Below are positions 9,144-18,873 of a DNA stretch of 64,000 nt, piece by piece. The position numbers and the translations under genes were made by a program. Under the pieces are notes generated by a model that made no database searches, was not told the origin of the DNA, and was given only the letters and a program-made list of their open reading frames with translations. Within the stretch, counting starts at the first letter, position 1. Every line of letters begins with the position of its first letter. The stretch is from Promethearchaeota archaeon (GTDB lineage Archaea; Asgardarchaeota; Lokiarchaeia; Sigyniarchaeales; SOKP01), in the NCBI GenBank assembly GCA_048938025.1, contig JBHLMP010000009.1, forward strand, positions 8,106-72,105. The letters run 5' to 3'.

Positions 9144-10940
9144 TTAAATGACCTTCTTATTTTGACCTTTAATTCTTTTAACGTAAACAACAGATATTCC
9201 TATAAAGCCAATAAGAATGATATAAGTTATAAATATATCATATCCAGTAATCAGATTAGAATCCTCAGAAGAGTTTTCTTTTAGAGTTTGACTAGGCACA
9301 TAACCATTTTTACTTGTTGTAAGGATCATTCCATCTAATTGATCATTTTTGTAAGGTATTTCAGATTCTCCAGATTCAGATGTATTTCCTTTCCATAAAA
9401 GATTACCATCTTTCACAACAGTTACAGTAGCATTTTCCACTGGTGATTGATTTGCTGTTACTTGAAGGGTTACAGACTCATTTGTATAAGAAGATATCAT
9501 AATGTTAAGCTTTTCAGGTAAATCCAACCAAATAGGTACCTCAGGGTCTCCCAATAAGTTATACTGCTTCAAAGCTTTATCTTCCCATTCTGGAAAGTCA
9601 GCAGGTACCCCAGAATCAATTCTATCAACCATGTAATCTTCTTTAGCTAAGGCGAGAGCTTTACCGGGTTGATTATTTTGGAATAATTGTTCCCAAAAAC
9701 GAAAAGCGATCCCTTCAGAATACCATCCCCCATTTTCACGTTCCCACCATTGATCTTCTCCCCAAGTGACTTGACTCGATGCAATACATCCAATTGCAGT
9801 GTTTTTTAAAAAATATTCAGCTAGACAGTCCTCTTCATAATCAAATGTGCCTGTGTAACAACTTAATATGAAGAACAAGCCAAATTTGGATTCTTCAGAG
9901 TCTACTGGAAAATAATAAGTATCTGTTAAATATCTCCATACTGAATCATCAATAGCTTCACCATCTCCGAAATATGGGTCATCAGTATAGTCGAATAGTC
10001 CATCTTCATCATAATCTACAGTCCATTCTTCATAATGAAGCCCAGTTTTACTTCCATGAAAATTAAAAGTACCAATGCCACAACCGTTTTCAATAACACT
10101 TTTAAAATTCACATAGTTTGAGGATAAGTCATAAGGGTAATCAGAGGTTTTAATACCAGTAGTAAGGGCAAGAATTGTACTACTCCAACTTTCTGGAAGA
10201 TGGTTATTTAAGAAATTAAGAAAACGATTTCCATCGCATTCTCCAAAGTCTAAACTTTCACCCCCATTATTCCAATCTTGATTAAAAGCGAGAATTGCAG
10301 AGGCATACACAGCGTGAGTCATCCAATTGCCTACTAAGGGATTTTTTTCATAATATAATAATTTTTGAACAAGATTTAACATTTCATTCTTATCATTTGC
10401 GGGTAAACGACCTACATAAACTTCTGGCTCATAATCAAACGTATCGTTATGTCTATCTCCCCAATAACCATCATCATTTAAATCCCAATTATTATTTAAA
10501 TCAGTATAGAAAGAATCACAGCTTACAAAATCACCATCATAGGGATAATTATCATCAGATATTACAAGTAGAGAGGGAATATGGTTATTATCTCCGGCTA
10601 ATAGCACCCATTTAGTATTATTATTGTTATGATATGAGATTATGCAGTTTTTAATGCGTTCTTCCGAATTTCTACCCGAATAATTGGTATAAATACTCTG
10701 AACAGTTTCAATCTTAGTGACTAAACCCTTTTGAGTTTTCCATATTGCTAAAGGTTCCAAAGCATCTTTAAAATCATTAGTAGTAATGATTAGATAGTCA
10801 ACATTTGAATTTAAAACGGAATTATTTAAATAAGGAGAGAAAGAGATATCTATAGAAGATTTGGAATAACTTATAGATGTAGGAATTATACTGAAAAGAA
10901 TAATTATTAGGAAAATAGTCAATTTTTTTTCTTTAATCAT
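9144..10940 (-). CDS. secreted, C-terminally membrane-anchored peptidase C25 (gingipain-like, clan CD) family protein
   Basis: Signal peptide MIKEKKLTIFLIIILFSIIPTSISYS. Also LLAGDNNHIPS, VYVGRLPA, a His-Gly in FNFHGSKTG, a Cys in FFILSCYTG, and a C-terminal TM helix followed by a KR-rich tail. Confidence 0.6.
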   Translation of the reverse strand: MIKEKKLTIFLIIILFSIIPTSISYSKSSIDISFSPYLNNSVLNSNVDYLIITTNDFKDALEPLAIWKTQKGLVTKIETVQSIYTNYSGRNSEERIKNCIISYHNNNNTKWVLLAGDNNHIPSLLVISDDNYPYDGDFVSCDSFYTDLNNNWDLNDDGYWGDRHNDTFDYEPEVYVGRLPANDKNEMLNLVQKLLYYEKNPLVGNWMTHAVYASAILAFNQDWNNGGESLDFGECDGNRFLNFLNNHLPESWSSTILALTTGIKTSDYPYDLSSNYVNFKSVIENGCGIGTFNFHGSKTGLHYEEWTVDYDEDGLFDYTDDPYFGDGEAIDDSVWRYLTDTYYFPVDSEESKFGLFFILSCYTGTFDYEEDCLAEYFLKNTAIGCIASSQVTWGEDQWWERENGGWYSEGIAFRFWEQLFQNNQPGKALALAKEDYMVDRIDSGVPADFPEWEDKALKQYNLLGDPEVPIWLDLPEKLNIMISSYTNESVTLQVTANQSPVENATVTVVKDGNLLWKGNTSESGESEIPYKNDQLDGMILTTSKNGYVPSQTLKENSSEDSNLITGYDIFITYIILIGFIGISVVYVKRIKGQNKKVI

Positions 10941-11139
10941 ATTTTATTCATTATCGAATTCGTCCAGTTTAACATTATTGTGCAGATCTTAATATTTATA
11001 ATTTATGAATGTCATAACTTGTTTTAATAAAATAATGACAATTCCAAATAATACCCATTTTTATTACACTGATTAAATAGAATGGTTAATTAAAAGAATA
11101 TTAAGATGACTTAAATCAAAATGAGTATTTAGTGTATCT

Positions 11140-12000
11140 ATGAAAGTAGAATTTTATGCAGATATTAATAAATTCAATGAGCTAGTATTCCCATTCTTAT
11201 TAAAACATGAAGCAGAGAATAATCTTCTTTTCTCAATTCTTAATTCTCTAAAGGAAAACATAAATACATATGGAGATAAAAAATCAATTTTAACATTCAT
11301 TACTGAAAATGATAATATAAAATTAGTTTCTATAAGAACTCCACCCCATAACCAAATTATATCGTATACAGATGACTTGGAAACTATTGATGTTTTAATT
11401 GATATGCTTATTAAAAAAAACATTGATATCCCTGGTGTTTTAGGTTATAAAGAAGGAGTCAAAAAATTTGTTAAGTTATGGTGTGAAAAGAAAGGAGTTA
11501 AATCACATTTAACTACTAATGAAAGAATTTATAAATTAGAACATGTGGAAGAAAAAACTTTAGGTAAAAAGAAATTTGTTAAGGCTACAAAGTCAAATGA
11601 AAAAATTGTAATTCAATGGGCAAAAGAGTTTATGTCAGAAGCTTTCCCTGAAAGATCCCAAGAAATGATAGAACAATCGATGAAAAGGTTAAAGAAAGCG
11701 ATTTTGAAAGGCAAAATTTATCTATTATTAGATAATAATAAACCAGTTTCAATGGCACAGAAAGCAGGTAAAACACCTAATGGTAATTCTGTTAATTTCG
11801 TGTATACACCCGCAGCATTAAGGAGAAGAGGTTATGCAACTGAATGTGTGGCTAAATTAAGTAAAGAAATTTTGAAAGAAGGAAATAAGTTTTGTTTCTT
11901 ATTTACAGACTTAAAGAATCCAACTTCGAATAGCATTTATCAAAAAGTCGGTTATCGCTCTGTAATTGATGTAGATGAATTTCAATTTATCCCTAAATAA
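11140..12000 (+). CDS. GNAT-family acetyltransferase with N-terminal accessory domain
   Basis: The C-terminal half carries the acetyl-CoA motif A-like RRRGYATECVAKL and the FLFTDLKNPTSNSIYQKVGY beta-strand context. Confidence 0.6.
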   Translation: MKVEFYADINKFNELVFPFLLKHEAENNLLFSILNSLKENINTYGDKKSILTFITENDNIKLVSIRTPPHNQIISYTDDLETIDVLIDMLIKKNIDIPGVLGYKEGVKKFVKLWCEKKGVKSHLTTNERIYKLEHVEEKTLGKKKFVKATKSNEKIVIQWAKEFMSEAFPERSQEMIEQSMKRLKKAILKGKIYLLLDNNKPVSMAQKAGKTPNGNSVNFVYTPAALRRRGYATECVAKLSKEILKEGNKFCFLFTDLKNPTSNSIYQKVGYRSVIDVDEFQFIPK

Positions 12001-12083
12001 CCAATTCTTTTAAAATAATAAAATAAAAAAAAGATACGAGAAAGTCTCCTGATTTTCTCCTGAAAATTTTTAACTAATTATTT

Positions 12084-12368
12084 TTATTTCTTTTTTGGTG
12101 GTAAGATTTCAATCTCGATTGATGAGACGTTGTTAGAAGTCCCATCATCATTAGTAATTGTCTCAGTAGCAATTATAATTTCTCCATAAGTACTCCCTTT
12201 AATAAAGTTATTAATAAGAATTTCTGCTACGTCAACTGCTCGGGATATAGATCGACCTCGGGCTAATAATCTCACTGCTTTTTCATTTAGAACAACCATA
12301 GCAGCCATTACATAATTCATTGACTTCTTTTTACCAATAAAAACTTTTGAGTCATCATCTCTAGCCAT
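12084..12368 (-). CDS. albA: Alba DNA/RNA-binding chromatin protein
   Basis: 94 aa, containing VFIGKKKSMNYVMAAMVVL...LLARGRSISRAVDVAEIL, the classical Alba core. SD GGTGAG lies 6 nt upstream of the ATG. Confidence 0.9.
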   Translation of the reverse strand: MARDDDSKVFIGKKKSMNYVMAAMVVLNEKAVRLLARGRSISRAVDVAEILINNFIKGSTYGEIIIATETITNDDGTSNNVSSIEIEILPPKKK

Positions 12369-12640
12369 TAATTCTCACCTTTTCTATGCTTGGTTTATAC
12401 CTTTCTTTTTTATGCTTTCTAATCTTTTGTATTCCTTATATGTGTTTTAAATGCCAATTATCTATAGATAATTATATGTTATAAACCATATTCAGTTTTT
12501 AAGATTTTGTAATTTTATAATAACTTTGAAAAAATTAGGACAACATAATGACTCAATGAATTATAGAGTGAAATAATCTTAATATTTTAAATTAAACCTT
12601 AATTCATTAAAAAGAAAAAAAATGAATTTTGAATTTATTT

Positions 12641-14356
12641 TTACTCCTCGCGTAATAACTTTTTATCAATCTTTCCCACAACCGTAAGAGGGAGCTCTTT
12701 TGAAAATTCAATTACTTTAGGAACTTCATAAGGGGAACAATTCTCTTTAGCAAATTTTATTATATCTTCTTTTAATGCATCCACATTTCCATCAAATTCG
12801 TACTCAGGGCTTATTTGTATATAAGCTTTCACTATTTCGGAACCCGGCCTATCTGGATTTGGTAACCCGATTAGAGCAATCATACCTACAGCAGGATGCT
12901 TAGATAAAATATCTTCAACCTTTGTAGAAAATAATTTATAACCCCCCACTATTATCATATCTTTTGTACGATCTACAATTCTAAGGTACCCTCTTTCATC
13001 CATAATTGCGACATCTCCGGAATGCATATATCCATCTTGGTCAATAGCTTTTTTAGTTTCTTCAGGTTTATTATAATATCCTTTCATCACCATAGGACCT
13101 TTTGTACATATTTCTCCTGGCTCCCCTAAGGGAACTACTTCATTAGTATCAGGATCAACTAGTTTTAGTTCTGTATTCAATAATGGTAATCCAATTGAAC
13201 CCAATTTCCTCTCCTTTAAGAAAGGATTCATTGTAGTAAGAGGAGATGTCTCTGTCATTCCATAAACCTCTAGTAATTTACCCTCACCTACAATACTTTC
13301 TAATTGTTTCTGCGATTCTACTGGGAATGGAGACGCAGCTGACATGCAGACTTCCAGACTTGAATGGTCCAACCGCTTAAATTTTCGAGTATTAATCAAT
13401 ATTTGATAAAGCGAAGGTACATTTACAAGAGCAGTTGGTTTATATTTCTTAATCTCATTACAAATAGTTAAGGTATCTCTAGGATCTGGTATAAGCACTT
13501 GCCCCCATCCAAGATAAATACAATTTTCACAAAAAAAGGTACCTGCTATATGAAAAAATGGAAAACCTGATAATGCAATTTTAGCTCCTCTATCCCAACT
13601 AAGCCACTTTTGGACAATAAGTATATCAGAAACACAATTTCTGTGCGTTAACATTGCCCCTTTTGGAGGGCCAGTCGTTCCTCCCGTATATTGGATAAGT
13701 GCTATATCATCAGGTGTTACAATGACATTTGGCGGATCTGTAGGATATTGAGCTAAAACATCATCATGAAAATTAAGAACTGTTTTATTTTCCAATTGAG
13801 TAACTTCTCCTGAAGGAATTTCTCTGACAGCTCGAATTTTTTCTTGTTGTTCTTTTGGAAACATTCCAATAACACTAGTCCATATTACTAATTTCAATTG
13901 AGGCAATTTTGATTCAACATTCATTAATCTATGTTGGAAAATTGCATCTAAGGTCACCAAAGCAACTTTTTTGTCAACAGTACCTAAATCATTTAATTGG
14001 TAATGCATTTGGACATCTGACATAAGCGGACTTACTCCAGAAACTATACATCCTGCTTTAAGAGTTCCAAGAAATGCAATCACATATTCAGGTATATTTG
14101 GTAAATTAATTCCCACTACGTCTCCTCTCTTAAATCCTTGTTTAATTAGCATATTTGCGAATTGATTTGAGTACTTATCCAATTTTCCATATGTAATCTC
14201 TAAACCCTGATATGTCAAAGCCATTTTTTCAGGAAACGTTTCAATAGTATCTTTCACTGCTTCTGTAAATGAAATTTCAAATAAACTAGGATCTAAATCA
14301 GTTAATCCTTCATCCCAATTTTTGCGCCAGAATCGATCTTCATAAGGATTTGACAT
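12641..14356 (-). CDS. AMP-forming acyl-CoA synthetase (fatty-acid-CoA ligase family)
   Basis: Contains YTGGTTGPPKGAML (AMP-binding P-loop), YGMTET, GEICTKGPMVMKGY, SGDVA, DRTKDMI and a C-terminal GKIDKK. Confidence 0.88.
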   Translation of the reverse strand: MSNPYEDRFWRKNWDEGLTDLDPSLFEISFTEAVKDTIETFPEKMALTYQGLEITYGKLDKYSNQFANMLIKQGFKRGDVVGINLPNIPEYVIAFLGTLKAGCIVSGVSPLMSDVQMHYQLNDLGTVDKKVALVTLDAIFQHRLMNVESKLPQLKLVIWTSVIGMFPKEQQEKIRAVREIPSGEVTQLENKTVLNFHDDVLAQYPTDPPNVIVTPDDIALIQYTGGTTGPPKGAMLTHRNCVSDILIVQKWLSWDRGAKIALSGFPFFHIAGTFFCENCIYLGWGQVLIPDPRDTLTICNEIKKYKPTALVNVPSLYQILINTRKFKRLDHSSLEVCMSAASPFPVESQKQLESIVGEGKLLEVYGMTETSPLTTMNPFLKERKLGSIGLPLLNTELKLVDPDTNEVVPLGEPGEICTKGPMVMKGYYNKPEETKKAIDQDGYMHSGDVAIMDERGYLRIVDRTKDMIIVGGYKLFSTKVEDILSKHPAVGMIALIGLPNPDRPGSEIVKAYIQISPEYEFDGNVDALKEDIIKFAKENCSPYEVPKVIEFSKELPLTVVGKIDKKLLREE

Positions 14357-14492
14357 GTATAATATCCACCTTTAATTTTTAATAAAAAAATGAAGTTATT
14401 ATAATTAATATTGATTGAATTAGTTAAAAAGTTTTAATTAATTTGAGATCTTTGACCTTTTTGATCAATTTTTAGGGGTCAATATGTATTTT

Positions 14493-15269
14493 TTAATAAA
14501 ATTTTCTTCTAAAATCTTTAATATATTGATCTTTATCTTCATATTCATACCAAGCAGAACCATATTTTTCTAATTCATACGCATCTTTATATGATTTATC
14601 CATTAAATGGTTACTACATAATTTAATAGCATTTAGGACAGTTTGATTTTTTGGGAAGAGAAATTTAGCTTTATCCATAGCAGCTTCCATTAATTCTTCT
14701 TGGGAATCAACTATTTGATCAATTAATCCAATTTCTAATGCCTTTGTAGAACTGATCTTTTCAGCAAACATTAGAATTCTTTTTGTCCAAGTAATTCCTA
14801 TAACTCTTGTCATTAACACAATTGTACCGGTACCAGGAAAAATACCTAAATTTATTTCAGGCATCATGAAAATACTATCTTTAACAGCTATTCGATAATC
14901 AGAGCAGAGGGAATAGGCAACACCGTCACCCATCGCCTTACCATTAATAGCACAAATGGTTGGCTTTCCATAATATATTAATTTCACAATAGAAGCAGCA
15001 GTTTGTTCATATTCCTTAACAGCAGCATGATTACTTCCATCTACAGAATCTATATCCATCCCTGTTGTAAAACTTGAACCATTTCCAGTTAAGATAATTC
15101 CTCTTATTTTTTCATTATGTATACAAAACTCAATTGCTTTTTTAAGCTCCTTAAGCATTTTAATAGTTAAAGCATTTGCTCGTTCTACTCGATTTAAGGT
15201 AATTATACCAAATCTTTTTTTTATTGAAAATTCAATAAATTCTCCAAGTTCTAAACCTTCAAATGACAT
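14493..15269 (-). CDS. crotonase-fold protein (enoyl-CoA hydratase/isomerase family), paralogue 1
   Basis: Contains ITLNRVERANAL, LTGNGSSFTTGMD, AINGKAMGDGVAYSLCSDYRIA and MPEINLGIFPGTG. Confidence 0.85.
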   Translation of the reverse strand: MSFEGLELGEFIEFSIKKRFGIITLNRVERANALTIKMLKELKKAIEFCIHNEKIRGIILTGNGSSFTTGMDIDSVDGSNHAAVKEYEQTAASIVKLIYYGKPTICAINGKAMGDGVAYSLCSDYRIAVKDSIFMMPEINLGIFPGTGTIVLMTRVIGITWTKRILMFAEKISSTKALEIGLIDQIVDSQEELMEAAMDKAKFLFPKNQTVLNAIKLCSNHLMDKSYKDAYELEKYGSAWYEYEDKDQYIKDFRRKFY

Positions 15270-15313
15270 TTTTATTCCTTTTTATTCTTCTTTAGTTGAA
15301 AAATTTTTTAAAA

Positions 15314-16096
15314 TTATAGTAATGATAATTTTTCTCTAAAATCATTTATAAATTTACTTTTATTAGCATATTCAAACCAGCTTGAAGCTTCTTTTTCTAA
15401 TTCATAAGCATTATGATAATTTTTATCAAGTAAATGATTTGAACATAATTTAATAGCATTTAGAACAATCTGGTTTTTAGGAAAGAGAAATTTTGCTTGA
15501 TCTAAGGCAGTTTCCATTAAATCTTCTTGGGAATCAACTATTTGATCAACTAATCCAATTTCTAATGCTTTTTCAGAGCTAATCTTTTCAGCTAGCATTA
15601 ACATCTTTTTTGTCCAAGGAATCCCGATAATTCTTGTCATTAATATTATACAACCAGTGCCCGGAAAAATACCAGAAAAGATTTCAGGATATTGAAAATA
15701 ACTATCTTTGACACCTATTCTATAATCACAACATAAAAGAAATACAACACCTTCACCCAAACAACGACCATTTATAGCAGCAATCGCGGGTTTTCCATTA
15801 AATAATAACATACAAATCTCCGCAGCAGTTCTTTCAAGGTCTTTTACTGCAGTATTGTCACTACCATCAATAAAACCCAAGTCCATACCTGTACTAAAAG
15901 TTGTCCCATTCGCAGTTAGGATTAAACCTCGAATTTTTTCTGAATTTTGACAGTATTCAATTGCTTTTTTTAAAAATCTCAATTGTTCAACTGTAAAAGC
16001 GTTAGATCTATGAACCCTATTAAGTGTTATTATAGCAAATCTCTTTTTTACATCAAATTCGATGTATTCTCCAAATTCAAGATCTTTTAGAGACAT
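15314..16096 (-). CDS. crotonase-fold protein (enoyl-CoA hydratase/isomerase family), paralogue 2
   Basis: Same motif set as its neighbour (ITLNRVHRSNAF, AINGRCLGEGVVFLLCCDYRIG, YPEIFSGIFPGTG). About 60% identical by eye to paralogue 1. Confidence 0.85.
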   Translation of the reverse strand: MSLKDLEFGEYIEFDVKKRFAIITLNRVHRSNAFTVEQLRFLKKAIEYCQNSEKIRGLILTANGTTFSTGMDLGFIDGSDNTAVKDLERTAAEICMLLFNGKPAIAAINGRCLGEGVVFLLCCDYRIGVKDSYFQYPEIFSGIFPGTGCIILMTRIIGIPWTKKMLMLAEKISSEKALEIGLVDQIVDSQEDLMETALDQAKFLFPKNQIVLNAIKLCSNHLLDKNYHNAYELEKEASSWFEYANKSKFINDFREKLSLL

Positions 16097-16183
16097 AAAT
16101 AAAATTAATTTTCATTTAATAAAAAATAATAATAGTCTTAATGAATATAGTGAGTAATAGGTAATTTTTAATATGTAAAAAAT

Positions 16184-18268
16184 ATGCCTGTTCATATTAC
16201 TGATTTCTTAGAAATAGAGTCTAATGGAATAAGAAAAAAAGATTTAATAAAAGCTCCAAGTTTAAAAAAAACCTTCATCTCAATTAATCAACATTTATAT
16301 GCAAAATTAAAACAAACTGATACAGATACGCGGACTAGATCAAAAGAAATAATCAATCTCTTACTTTGTAAATTAAATGATGAAATTAATAAGGATGATA
16401 ATGAAATTTTAGACTTTTGTATTAAAAAAGGTGAATCAATAGAAGATTTGTATGATAGAATACAAAAGTTATTCGAGAAAAATGTTAAAGAGAAGTATAT
16501 AGAAATCATAGGGGAAAATGAGCAAATCAGCTTAAATAAGGAACTCTTATATCTTATTGTGAATGAATTACAACACATATCGTTATTAAAATCTTCTAAA
16601 GATATATTGAGTGATGCGTTTGAGATTTTTGTAAGTAAGATTTTAAAAGATGAGGGAGGGCAATTCTTTACTCCTCCAAATATTATTGAATTCATGGTAC
16701 ATTATTTAGATCCTCCTGTTGATTCAAAAATATTGGACCCTGCCTGTGGTCATGGAGGATTTCTTCTTGAAGCAAAAGAACTGTTATGGTTAAAAATAAC
16801 CTCAGAAGATAAAAGAATAATTTCAATCTCAAATTTGTTTGGTATTGATAAAGACCTCTTCTTAGCAAAGATTAGTAAATTATACTTAGAAATATTGAGT
16901 AAGGGAAAGTCTTATATTTTTTGTGAAGATTCATTGGATCCTAAGAGTTATGGAACTCAAGCAAAAGAAGAAATAAAAGATAATTTATTTGATTATATTT
17001 TTACTAATCCTCCATTCGGGGTTAAAATTCCTATAAACGATAAAGAAATTTTAAAAGATTACAAACTTGGTCATATTTGGAAAAATATTGGTGATGGCTG
17101 GAAAATGCAAGAAAAGTTAGTAAAACAACAACCACCTCAAGTTTTATTTATTGAAAGGTGTATTCAGTTACTTAAAGACGGAGGAAAGCTAGGTATTGTC
17201 TTACCGGAAGGAATATTCGGAAATCCTACAGATCGCTATATTTGGGAATATTTAACTTCTAATGGTAAAATATTAGCTATTGTCTCATTGGATCAGAATA
17301 CCTTTCAACCTTATACATGTAATAAAACAAGTATTTTATTCTTTCAGAAATTGAATAATATTCCAGCAGATTATACAATTGATTTTGCAATTGTGGAAAA
17401 TGTGGGACATGATAAAGATGGAAAGGTTTTATATAAATTGAATAAAGATGGAACTAAAAAATTAGATTCTGCAGGCTATCCAATAATAAACGATGACCTC
17501 ATAGGGTTACACTTAAAAATAAAAAAGGCTGAAGAATTTAACTATTTAATGGAACAAAAAATCTTTAAGATTAAATTTAGCCAGATTAAAGATAAAATTT
17601 TCATCCCGATTTATTATATCGGTGTAGAAAAAACTTTAAAAAAACTAGCAAACGATAAGAATTTCACACTTTTAAGTATTAAAAAGTTAGCAAAACAAAA
17701 AATAATTTATACTAATAAGAGCGGTTATCTCCCACGAGGAGATGAAATAGGATCTCATGTATATGGTTTAGGAGATATCCCATTTATGAGGACGAGTGAT
17801 ATAAATAATTGGGAAATAAATTTAGATTCATATAAAAAGACAAGCGAAGAAGTTTATAAGCAATATAAACTAAAACAGAATATAGAAGAAGGAGATATCC
17901 TATTAGTTAAAGATGGTGGGCCTAATTTGATTGGTAAAACTGCTTATATAACTAGGTTAGATACCCAAATAATAATTCAGAGTCATATATTCCAGATAAA
18001 AGTATTAGAAAATAATGAATTTCTTGATTCTTATCTTCTTTTGTATTTATTGAATTTAGATATTGTGCAAAAACAAATTCAAGCAATTACTTTTGTTCAA
18101 GGAACAATAGCAACAATTGGAAATAGAATTATGGAAGTAATCTTACCAATCCCCTCGGATATTGAAAAAAGAAAAGAAATCTCAAGATATATAAAAAAGA
18201 TTATTGATGAGAAAACAGAAATAAGGAAGAATATATCCAGATTATCTATAGGATCTTTTAATGACTAA
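16184..18268 (+). CDS. N6-adenine DNA methyltransferase (HsdM-like, gamma class) fused to a single HsdS-like target-recognition domain
   Basis: Contains GQFFTPPNIIEFMV, ILDPACGHGGFLL (motif I) and FDYIFTNPPFG (motif IV NPPF). The C-terminal ~220 aa resemble a type I S-subunit TRD (GDILLVKDGGPNLIGKTAYI...SHIFQIKV...GTIATIGNRIMEVILPIP). Confidence 0.85.
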   Translation: MPVHITDFLEIESNGIRKKDLIKAPSLKKTFISINQHLYAKLKQTDTDTRTRSKEIINLLLCKLNDEINKDDNEILDFCIKKGESIEDLYDRIQKLFEKNVKEKYIEIIGENEQISLNKELLYLIVNELQHISLLKSSKDILSDAFEIFVSKILKDEGGQFFTPPNIIEFMVHYLDPPVDSKILDPACGHGGFLLEAKELLWLKITSEDKRIISISNLFGIDKDLFLAKISKLYLEILSKGKSYIFCEDSLDPKSYGTQAKEEIKDNLFDYIFTNPPFGVKIPINDKEILKDYKLGHIWKNIGDGWKMQEKLVKQQPPQVLFIERCIQLLKDGGKLGIVLPEGIFGNPTDRYIWEYLTSNGKILAIVSLDQNTFQPYTCNKTSILFFQKLNNIPADYTIDFAIVENVGHDKDGKVLYKLNKDGTKKLDSAGYPIINDDLIGLHLKIKKAEEFNYLMEQKIFKIKFSQIKDKIFIPIYYIGVEKTLKKLANDKNFTLLSIKKLAKQKIIYTNKSGYLPRGDEIGSHVYGLGDIPFMRTSDINNWEINLDSYKKTSEEVYKQYKLKQNIEEGDILLVKDGGPNLIGKTAYITRLDTQIIIQSHIFQIKVLENNEFLDSYLLLYLLNLDIVQKQIQAITFVQGTIATIGNRIMEVILPIPSDIEKRKEISRYIKKIIDEKTEIRKNISRLSIGSFND

Positions 18269-18316
18269 GTTATTCCTTATAAAAAATTTAAAAAGTTTGT
18301 TAAATATCTCAATAAG

Positions 18317-18754
18317 ATGAAAATTGAAAAATTTTCTATGGAATTATATGAAAATATAATTAATCTTTGGAGAAAGGCAGGAATTAATGTAGGGTCCACT
18401 GATACGAAAGAAGAAATAGAAAGAATGCTTAAAAGAAATCCAAATCTTTTCCTAATAGGTAGATTAAATGAAAAAATTATTGGTGTTGTGATGGGAGGAT
18501 TCGATGGAAGAAGAGGATATATCCATCATCTGGCAGTAGAACCTGATTATCAAAAAAGAGGATATGGTAAAATGTTGGTAGATGAATTAATTGTGAGGTT
18601 TCATCAGATGAGAGTACATAAAATTCATTTATTCATTGAAAAATATAATAGGACTGTTGTTGATTTCTATAGAAATTTGGGTTGGGAAATTAGAGATGAT
18701 TTGATTATGATGAGTTATGTACCTGATAAAAATTTATACAAGATGAGAATATAA
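18317..18754 (+). CDS. GNAT-family N-acetyltransferase
   Basis: 145 aa, with GYIHHLAVEPDYQKRGYGKMLVDEL (motif A Q/RxxGxG) and FYRNLGWE. Confidence 0.8.
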   Translation: MKIEKFSMELYENIINLWRKAGINVGSTDTKEEIERMLKRNPNLFLIGRLNEKIIGVVMGGFDGRRGYIHHLAVEPDYQKRGYGKMLVDELIVRFHQMRVHKIHLFIEKYNRTVVDFYRNLGWEIRDDLIMMSYVPDKNLYKMRI

Positions 18755-18873
18755 CTTAGGTATTGTTCTATATTAATATATATATTCTGAAATTGACTCT
18801 GATTTTTATTATAGTTTTAAATATCATTGAATTAATATTATTCATATTTACAGAAAATTCAAATTGATTTAAT

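Noticed and set aside
16184-18754. Methyltransferase plus GNAT as a mobile element or defence island.
   Set aside because: I saw no integrase, transposase, flanking direct or inverted repeats, tRNA target or restriction gene. Only the strand switch and the functional discontinuity support an insertion.
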